This document shows, in pieces, positions 57,063-64,000 of a stretch of DNA of 64,000 nucleotides. Numbering within the stretch: position 1 is the first letter of the stretch; every line of letters begins with the position of its first letter. Origin of the DNA: Candidatus Latescibacterota bacterium (GTDB taxonomy: Bacteria > Latescibacterota > UBA2968 > UBA8231); the NCBI GenBank assembly GCA_965217585.1, contig OZ244561.1, positions 4,832,001-4,896,000 on the forward strand, written 5' to 3'. A model generated the notes under the pieces. That model searched no databases. It saw only the letters and a list, made by a program, of their open reading frames with translations, and was not told the DNA's origin. A program made the position numbers and the translations under genes.

Positions 57063-58781
57063 TCAGCGCTTTGCAGCGGCAATGCCCCGGCCTTCTTCTA
57101 CTACCACAAAACGATCCCCCGCCACTTGGGTGTATTGGTCGATTAAACCGCTGGGCCAGCGGATTTCTAGGGTATCCACTGCGACGCTCGGCCCTAGTCC
57201 AAAAGTGAGCCACAGACTGTTGTGCGATAGGTAGCTCGAGCCGGCGGTCACTTCTCTGAGCTGTTGCTGGCCGCTGGTGACTAGGCGCACTCTGGCACCG
57301 ATGCCGTCGCGGTTGCTGTTGATGCCCAAGGTACGGACGGTTAGCCAGTGATTGTCGCTGGCGGTGTCGTTGCGCAATAAGGTAGGCACGTCGTTTTTGT
57401 TGACCACGAAAAGATCCTCATCGCCGTCGCCATCGTAATCGCCGACAGCAGTGCCCCGGCTCGATTTGACGATCTGTAGGCCCGGCCCGGCTTGCGCGCT
57501 CAAATCGACGAAGGCGACACCATCGTTGCGGAAGAGATTGTTCTTCTGGGCGTAGCTCGACTGCGGAAAATAATCCTCTAGGGCAGCAGTGACGTGGCCG
57601 TTGGCAATGAAAATATCCAGGTCGCCGTCGCGGTCCCAGTCGAAGAGAGCCGTGCCCCACTGCAGCGGCATGAGGGTGGTGCGGGCGACGCCAGCGGCAA
57701 AGGAGATATTGGCGAAGGCGCGGCCGTCGTTGCGGTGGAGGGTGGTGGTCTGCCCTTCGTAATTGCTCACCGCTAGATCCAGATCGCCGTCGTTGTCCCA
57801 GTCGCCGGTGGCCAGACCCATGCTGCCCTCGGGCCGGCCATCAGCGTCGTAGGCCACGCCCAAGGCCAAGGCTTCTTCGGCAAAGGTACCGTCGTCTTGG
57901 TTGGTGTAGAGGAAATTGGGGGTGGCGTCGTTGGCCACGTAGAGGTCCAGATCGCCGTCGTCGTTCCAGTCCAGAAAGGTGGCTCCCAGCGCCTTGCCCG
58001 GGACGGCGTTGAGTCCGGCACCTGCGCTGACATCGGCGAACGCGCCGTTGCCGTCGTTGCGATACAGCACATCGGGCTGGCCAGCAAACGCTTCGGGCGA
58101 AGCTACGCTGGCCAGCCCGCGCTGGCCGCCGAAGAAACCGTCGCGCTGCTCGCCGGGCAGCAGGGTGGTCGCTGGATCGAAGACCACGTAATTGCCGGCA
58201 AAAAGGTCCAGGTCGCCGTCGTTGTCGTAGTCCCCGAAGGCGCAGGCCGTGCCGTAGCCATCGTCGTCTGCCCCGGCCAGTGCGCCGGTCTCGGCAAAGG
58301 TGCCGTCATCTTGATTGGCAAAGAGGAGGTTGGGGCCGTAGTAGGTGATGTATAGGTCGGAGTCGCCGTCGTTGTCGTAGTCCCCGGCCACACAGCCAGA
58401 GCCCCAGCCGCTAGCATCGGTACCGGTCTGTTTGCTGACATTGACGAAGGTGCCGCCGCCCCGATTGCGGAACAGGGCGTTATGCGGAACTTCGCCGTTG
58501 GCCGGAGGTCGCACGTCGCGCGGCAGATCGGCATAGCGCGCACCGGTAAAGCCTAGGCCGCCGTTGACGATGTATAGGTCGAGCCGACCGTCGCTGTCGT
58601 AGTCGAAAAAGGCGGCACCTGACCCGGTCGTCTCTAGGATCGTGAGGGCGTTGTTATTGCCGTACCAATTGCGGAAGGCCAGACCCGCCTCCTGGGTTAC
58701 ATCGGCGAAGCGGGGTTGGGCATTGCAGATGGCAGCGCCGAGGAGAGCGGCTAGGAGCAGTAAATTAATTGTTGGCGCCAG
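57063..58781 (-). CDS. CRTAC1-family (FG-GAP + ASPIC/UnbV) protein with probable CTG start
   Basis: Frame continues upstream of 58514 through RFADVTQEAGL and GSGAAFFDYD to a signal peptide; CTG at 58781 lies 8 nt from GGAGG. Confidence 0.88.
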   Translation of the reverse strand: MAPTINLLLLAALLGAAICNAQPRFADVTQEAGLAFRNWYGNNNALTILETTGSGAAFFDYDSDGRLDLYIVNGGLGFTGARYADLPRDVRPPANGEVPHNALFRNRGGGTFVNVSKQTGTDASGWGSGCVAGDYDNDGDSDLYITYYGPNLLFANQDDGTFAETGALAGADDDGYGTACAFGDYDNDGDLDLFAGNYVVFDPATTLLPGEQRDGFFGGQRGLASVASPEAFAGQPDVLYRNDGNGAFADVSAGAGLNAVPGKALGATFLDWNDDGDLDLYVANDATPNFLYTNQDDGTFAEEALALGVAYDADGRPEGSMGLATGDWDNDGDLDLAVSNYEGQTTTLHRNDGRAFANISFAAGVARTTLMPLQWGTALFDWDRDGDLDIFIANGHVTAALEDYFPQSSYAQKNNLFRNDGVAFVDLSAQAGPGLQIVKSSRGTAVGDYDGDGDEDLFVVNKNDVPTLLRNDTASDNHWLTVRTLGINSNRDGIGARVRLVTSGQQQLREVTAGSSYLSHNSLWLTFGLGPSVAVDTLEIRWPSGLIDQYTQVAGDRFVVVEEGRGIAAAKR

Positions 58782-58809
58782 TGCCCTTGCCTCCCTCGGG
58801 TGCTAGTAA

Positions 58810-58841
58810 GAAGCCGTCTTGGAAAGACCCAAGACGGCTTC
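58810..58841 (-). terminator. Stem-loop (terminator or mRNA stabiliser) after 58894-60771
   Basis: GAAGCCGTCTTGG-aaagac-CCAAGACGGCTTC, 13-bp perfect stem; only a short U tail. Confidence 0.65.
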
Positions 58842-58893
58842 ATTAAGCCTGCAGGAGCAAATCCCCTGCGGTTTCGCTCTCGGTGCAGAGTCC

Positions 58894-60771
58894 TTATTTG
58901 AGGAAGGTCATCGCCCGCTTTTCGACGAACGAGCCCGCCTCCATGCGGTAGTAATAAACGCCGCTGGAGACCAGCTCGCCGCTGACATTGCGCGCATCCC
59001 AATCGGCCCGGTATTTGCCCGCGGTCATGGTCTGGTCGGCTAGGGTGGCCACTAGCTGCCCCACGGCATTAAAGACTTGCAACTTCACGTGTGCTTCGGC
59101 ATCGGGCACAGTAAACTCGATGACGGTGCTCGGATTGAAGGGGTTGGGAGTGGCATTGCCCAGACTATATGCGTCGGGGGTGTTGGCACCAGCCACCTCT
59201 AGCACAGCGGTGGCGGCGGCACCCAGCTTGCCCGAGGCCAAGGCCACAGGCGTATAGAGCAGCAGATGGGGGCCGTAGGGATTAGTGGCCTCGTCGTCCC
59301 CGTAGCCGTAGGAAAAGGTCTCTAAGCGCATGCCGTTTCTCGTATAGAGACCATCGTAGGGACCGCCCTCCTGCAATAGGTTGAAACGGGTACCCCCCGG
59401 CCGCATCCGGCCCCAACTGGCGGGGAATTCGAGTTCAAAGGCACAGGCACCGTCGCGTCCCAGCGCGCTTATGGTCGCTGCCCGGCTGCCGGCATTGATA
59501 AAGACGATGTTTCCGCTTTTGTCAGTAGTGACGCCCAAGTTGTTTATGGCGGAGCCGCCCAAGGCGCCGATGGCGGCGGCTTCTTCATTGGAAATACTGT
59601 CGCCGCACAAATCGCCGTTGCGGTTGGCCCACATCACATTGCCGTCGTGGTCCAGGCGCAGAATGTTTGGGAAGGCCCACGAAGAGACCCAGATGCCGTT
59701 GTCGGTCACCGAGATCTGAGCGGGACCTTCGCCGGTTATGCTCTCGTTGCCGTCATCATCGACTCTGAGCCTGTTGTAGAACTCGGTCACATCGAATGCT
59801 TGGGTGATTTCGCCAGTGGTCTTGTCGCGCACTTCAACGGCGTTGAAGGGCACCTCTTGCTTGCCCCAGAGGGCGTTGAACACCACATCGCCTCTGGGCT
59901 GAAATTCGACGATGCGGTCGCCGTTGGCATTGGGTGACTGGCCGTTGGTACCGAAGTCGGTGACCCGGTCCCAAGATTGGGCGGCGCGGTTAATGCGGAG
60001 TTTGTAGAGCCCGCCGAACTCTTCGCGGCGATGGGAGGTCCAAAAAATCTCTGGATCCTGATCGTCTATGCGCATCCCGCCTAGGGTGCGGGCACCCTCA
60101 AAGCCGAAGTCGAATTTCCAGCGCTCCCAGGCGTTGGGGTTGGCCAGATAGTCCGTGCCCAGGGTGCCGCGGACCATATCGCCGGCAGTGTGGCCCCGGT
60201 CGGGCACTTCGCGCTCGTACTCCTGGACCCAGATTTCGGGCGGGTCCTGCGAGGTGTCAATACTGGGGAAGGTAAACCCTGTGGGGCCTGCCCCAGGACC
60301 GGCCAGGACCGGTTTGTCGAGGTTGTTGACCGCGACCACATCGAATTCGTAGTCGCCGGCTCCCGCGGCATTGCCCTCCCAGTCGTCGCCGTCCCAAGAG
60401 ACGGTGCCATCACCGGATTCGGAGACCTGGCCCGGGGTGGTGGCGATGTACAGGTCTTGGGGCTCTAAGCGCAGCCAAGCACCGGCTGGCCCCCGCTCGC
60501 CGGTTTCGCCGCTGCCTTTGCGGTAGATCACTACCCAGACCGTGGCGCGCTGGTTAATGGTAAAGGGAATGTCCACGCTACCATTGCCGTCGTAGGCCAC
60601 ATCCTGAGTGGAAATGACCATTGGATTGAACTCGCCGGAAATATCAGGTAGTTCAAATGAGTCTCCATAGTCAGGGCCTTGGGGGAAGGTCTGCTCGTCC
60701 TGTGCCCACGCCGCACCGACGGCGAGTGCTGCTATTGACCAACTAATGGCCAAAATGCGCAATTTACGCAT
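58894..60771 (-). CDS. Secreted protein with FlgD-like N-domain and C-terminal FlgD/T9SS-tail-like domain
   Basis: Signal peptide; V.WDG.DW.GN; LGNATPNPFNPST.I.F....WDARN..G..VSSGVYYYRM....MTFLK; AAGGAGG RBS. Confidence 0.85.
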   Translation of the reverse strand: MRKLRILAISWSIAALAVGAAWAQDEQTFPQGPDYGDSFELPDISGEFNPMVISTQDVAYDGNGSVDIPFTINQRATVWVVIYRKGSGETGERGPAGAWLRLEPQDLYIATTPGQVSESGDGTVSWDGDDWEGNAAGAGDYEFDVVAVNNLDKPVLAGPGAGPTGFTFPSIDTSQDPPEIWVQEYEREVPDRGHTAGDMVRGTLGTDYLANPNAWERWKFDFGFEGARTLGGMRIDDQDPEIFWTSHRREEFGGLYKLRINRAAQSWDRVTDFGTNGQSPNANGDRIVEFQPRGDVVFNALWGKQEVPFNAVEVRDKTTGEITQAFDVTEFYNRLRVDDDGNESITGEGPAQISVTDNGIWVSSWAFPNILRLDHDGNVMWANRNGDLCGDSISNEEAAAIGALGGSAINNLGVTTDKSGNIVFINAGSRAATISALGRDGACAFELEFPASWGRMRPGGTRFNLLQEGGPYDGLYTRNGMRLETFSYGYGDDEATNPYGPHLLLYTPVALASGKLGAAATAVLEVAGANTPDAYSLGNATPNPFNPSTVIEFTVPDAEAHVKLQVFNAVGQLVATLADQTMTAGKYRADWDARNVSGELVSSGVYYYRMEAGSFVEKRAMTFLK

Positions 60772-60931
60772 GGTGCCTCCTTGGTTTGAAGAAATAATAA
60801 ATGACTACCTTCAGCAAGATCAATAATGCATAACTCAATAAAAAATAAATAGTTTGTGACAGCCGTTCTTCGTAAGGAGATATGACTTTTAGGCGAGCCT
60901 GTCAAGCAGATTCTCCTCTTCCACATGGATA

Positions 60932-62482
60932 TCAGGCGGGATTTTTGAACTCGACACTGTAGAGCTCGCCGCAGCGTATCTCAAAGCCCAGCGAGATCGG
61001 CCCCTCGCCTTGGTGGCCTAGGTCGGCCTCGCCTTGCCAGGTCACCTCGCGGTCTAGCTGGTCGCCCACCAGCCAGTCGCAGTCCTCGAATGAGCGGCCG
61101 GGCAGGGGCTGGTACTTGCGATCCATGACCTGCACCTTTACGCTGCCTCCGGGCACGGTCTTGAAGTTGAGGTGGACGCGGCGCTGCTCAATTGCTAGCT
61201 GAAAGGTTCTGAAGCGCCCCTCTACCGGCGCTTCTAGGGCAGCGAGCCGTCCCTTGGGCCACCAGGCCCAGGCAATGTGCCCGTGCGGCGGCTGGCGCAG
61301 ATGCTTGTGCGGCTCCGGCGAGCCGCATATGGTGATGCCCATGCGCTCTCCGGGCAATGGCACTAGGCCGACGCCGGCGGATACTGCCCCCTCGACCCAT
61401 GCACCCCCATCGCCGGGTTCGCATACCGGTCCGCCGGGCACGAAGTTCCACACCACATTGTCCGGGCTGGCGGCCAGCACAAAGCTGAAGGAATCGTCGA
61501 TCAAGCGCCAGCGCAGCGGGAACATGAGGTGATAGTCGGTGGTGCCCGGCATTTTTGTTTTGGAATTGGCGTACCACAAATCGTAGGGTTCAGCCGCGGC
61601 GTTGGGCCAGAAGACTTCCTCGGACAAGGGCAGGCGGCGGAAATCTGCAGAAGCGGTGCGACCGATGCTGCGGCGGTTGAAGAAATGGCTGCGGCAATAG
61701 GCCACGTACTGTCCCAGTACTGGATCGTATTCGCAGACATTGTGGGTGTCGCTGACTTGAGCGACGAGCGGGTCGGGGATTGGCGTCCAGCTAAAGCCGT
61801 CCGGCGAGATGGCACCGAACAGGCCGTCCCACTTTTCTGCCTCCAGATTGAGTGCCTCCACCTCGCCGGGTCTCTGTTGCAGGTAGCGCTGCTTTTGGGC
61901 CGGACTTAGCTGGCCTATGTAAATCATTTTGTAGCGCTCCGCAGAACAGGCCGACTCATCCTTGAACACGGTGGCACCGTGCAAACCGGTCTCTTCGACC
62001 TGGGGCAGCCCGTAAACAATATTGTTGTCCTTGGAGCCCTTGCGCTCGACCCGGCCCTGGGCGGGAAAACGCCAGTTTTCACCGTCGTCCGATTCGGCGT
62101 AGCAGATGTAGTCGGCCGCGCCCATGGGGTGTTTTTCGTGGCCGATATGTTCGCCCGCGAATAACTCGTACCAGAGACGGTAGCGTCCCTCTGCGTGGAT
62201 CGCGGTGCCGGGCCAGATAAAGCCTTCGTCCTCCGCCGGCAGCAGGAAAGGCTCGCTCTTAGTCGCCGGTTTAGCGCGCAGGCGGATGCCGATGGGCATA
62301 TAATTCGGCTCGTGTAGCAGTGGTGGCCTCTCGTCGTTGGTCCAGATCCTCAGCCAATCCCCTGCGGCGTTGCGCCAGCCGGTTGAATGGCTGCCGTGAT
62401 GGATGTAGCGCCAGTCGTGAAAGTAGATAATATTCGACGGCAATTTGTAGGGAGGGTGCTGGTTGCGGATGGGAGAAATCAT
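60932..62482 (-). CDS. GH32/GH43-like beta-propeller protein
   Basis: YRLWY, YAESDDG..W..P, SDTHN, GRL.ALEA, GD.LDR.VTW.G..DL. Confidence 0.8.
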   Translation of the reverse strand: MISPIRNQHPPYKLPSNIIYFHDWRYIHHGSHSTGWRNAAGDWLRIWTNDERPPLLHEPNYMPIGIRLRAKPATKSEPFLLPAEDEGFIWPGTAIHAEGRYRLWYELFAGEHIGHEKHPMGAADYICYAESDDGENWRFPAQGRVERKGSKDNNIVYGLPQVEETGLHGATVFKDESACSAERYKMIYIGQLSPAQKQRYLQQRPGEVEALNLEAEKWDGLFGAISPDGFSWTPIPDPLVAQVSDTHNVCEYDPVLGQYVAYCRSHFFNRRSIGRTASADFRRLPLSEEVFWPNAAAEPYDLWYANSKTKMPGTTDYHLMFPLRWRLIDDSFSFVLAASPDNVVWNFVPGGPVCEPGDGGAWVEGAVSAGVGLVPLPGERMGITICGSPEPHKHLRQPPHGHIAWAWWPKGRLAALEAPVEGRFRTFQLAIEQRRVHLNFKTVPGGSVKVQVMDRKYQPLPGRSFEDCDWLVGDQLDREVTWQGEADLGHQGEGPISLGFEIRCGELYSVEFKNPA

Positions 62483-62520
62483 GGTTTTATCCTTGGTAGA
62501 GAATGCGGCTCGGTTTCCAG

Positions 62521-64000
62521 TTATAGGAGCCGTCCATATTCGGTAAAGCCGATGAGGACGCGGGCGAAAAAAGTCAGCGCATCAAAGGCATCGTCTGCCC
62601 GCGATTCCTCGTCGAATGCCTTGACCTCCCGCTGCAACCCCACGATTGTGCGCAAATCGTAGCCGAAATACTTCGAGCGATTGCTCACATTGAGATACAA
62701 TGTGCGCTGGTCAAAACTGTTGCGTGAATTGACTCGGTCCTCGACCCGGTAGGGCAGCGGCCCCAAGCCCTGGATGCCTAGTTGTAGCTGGCTGCGCTGC
62801 ATCAGCGGCAGGGTACAGCGCAGGATGGGAATGACACTGAACTCCGAGCGCACGGTGCGGCGGGCGTAGCGGCCGTCGGTCTGGCGGTCAGCGGCCTGAT
62901 CGACCAGGCGCAGCAGCAGGACCTTGAACTGGGGTTGGATCTGCAGCCGGTGCCAATGCCAAGTGTAGTCGGCGCGGCTGACCCAAGTGAAGAAGTCGAG
63001 CCGTTTGTCGCGCTGGACTAGGCCGCCGGGCAAGGGACCGGCTTGTTGCCAGTTAAAGCGCAGACGGATCTTGTGGACCATCTGGAGGGTGGACCAGGGA
63101 TTGAGCCAGCTCTCTAGGTAGGTCTCATTAACGTAGCTGTTGCGATACAGCAGTGGGTCGGCGAGGAAATTGTTAGTGAAAGAGGGCTTGTTGCCGGCGG
63201 TCAGGCCGCGAAAATCCGTCTCTACGCTCCGCGGTCGTTCGACCAGCACGGAGAATTCGTCGGCGATATCGTCTTTGACGCGGCGCAGGTGGTTTTCGAA
63301 AAACAGCCGCTGCAGGCGTCCCAGCTCTTCGCGCCGGTAGTTCACCAGCGCGTAGGTTGACTCGTTGCGCCCGCCGCCGGCGATCTGTTCGACGTCGTAG
63401 CGCCCCACCCCCAAAGACCAGTGGGGCGTCAGATCCAGTTGGCCGAATAGGTGGACGCCGCGCTGGTCGGGGTCGTAGGGGTAGTCGGGATCTAGGTCGT
63501 CCTCGCGCACATCGGGATCGTCGTTGTTGTTGCGGTCGAGGCCGTAAAAGAAGTCGTTGGACTCGACGTAGTACATGAGGAAGGGCTCGACGTAGTCGGG
63601 CACATCGTTGAAGTTGCGGTTGGTGTCGGGTAGGCCGTCGTTGTCGTCGTCCTGGCCAGGGAACACTCCGTCGATGTCCTCGTCTTCGCGGTCGTTGGGT
63701 TGCCCCTGCAGATTGCCCACGCGCTTATCCGGGTAGCGGTCGCCGTCCTCGTTGTCCTGCACTAGGTCCCAGAAGATGGTGTTGTTGGTCAGGCCGGCCA
63801 GCGAAGTTTCTGTCAAACCGATTTCGAACGGCACAAAGGTGCGCATTCCCGTGTGGAAGTCTGGATTCATGGCAAAGGCTTCGGCCCCTAAGCGGCCCCC
63901 CTTGAACCAGCGCACGGCATTAATGAACCAAGCCGATCCTTGCTCGGAGAAGCGCGGTCCCCGGTCGTACAGCGTGGTCTGGTCCATATGCGCCGGAAAG
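62521..64000 (-). CDS. Partial (5' truncated) large exported or outer-membrane protein with Asp-rich Ca-binding-like motifs
   Basis: Frame open to window edge; DDDNDGLPD, DRNNNDDPD, amphipathic strands near the C-terminus. Confidence 0.7.
   Translation of the reverse strand, partial: FPAHMDQTTLYDRGPRFSEQGSAWFINAVRWFKGGRLGAEAFAMNPDFHTGMRTFVPFEIGLTETSLAGLTNNTIFWDLVQDNEDGDRYPDKRVGNLQGQPNDREDEDIDGVFPGQDDDNDGLPDTNRNFNDVPDYVEPFLMYYVESNDFFYGLDRNNNDDPDVREDDLDPDYPYDPDQRGVHLFGQLDLTPHWSLGVGRYDVEQIAGGGRNESTYALVNYRREELGRLQRLFFENHLRRVKDDIADEFSVLVERPRSVETDFRGLTAGNKPSFTNNFLADPLLYRNSYVNETYLESWLNPWSTLQMVHKIRLRFNWQQAGPLPGGLVQRDKRLDFFTWVSRADYTWHWHRLQIQPQFKVLLLRLVDQAADRQTDGRYARRTVRSEFSVIPILRCTLPLMQRSQLQLGIQGLGPLPYRVEDRVNSRNSFDQRTLYLNVSNRSKYFGYDLRTIVGLQREVKAFDEESRADDAFDALTFFARVLIGFTEYGRLL

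Noticed and set aside
63500-63800. AAC-rich minus-strand stretches as a possible DGR template repeat
   Set aside because: They encode Asn/Asp-rich motifs of a CDS and do not align to the FGE 3' end

Overview
GC-rich bacterial window of mostly catabolic genes. It holds three DUF6785/DUF6784 polytopic membrane proteins, six GH32/GH43-like beta-propeller proteins, GH116, GH95-like, aldo/keto reductases, Gfo/Idh/MocA oxidoreductases, two PhyH-type Fe/2OG enzymes, two CRTAC1/ASPIC proteins, TPR proteins and FlgD/T9SS-tail-like secreted proteins. This repertoire resembles Candidatus Latescibacterota or similar sponge-associated bacteria (inference only). The first 3.8 kb is an insertion hotspot. 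It contains an intact ISAs1 (718-1978, 19-bp IRs, 10-bp TSD) and a transposase-less IS1-like cargo element (2034-3240, perfect 20-bp IRs, 7-bp TSD) carrying a promoter, a structured leader and two orphan genes. Other highlights: an FGE-sulfatase gene whose 3' end looks like a DGR variable region; PhyH paralogs with HxG instead of HxD; an AT-richer ABC-ATPase plus nuclease-like pair; several TA modules with the partner gene deleted; a secreted-protein/sulfatase chimera; a 38-bp perfect palindrome upstream of a blaI-like gene; a poly-T frameshift in a TPR signal peptide; and a probable CTG start codon. No rRNA, tRNA or CRISPR array was recognised. All family calls come from motif recognition, not database searches.
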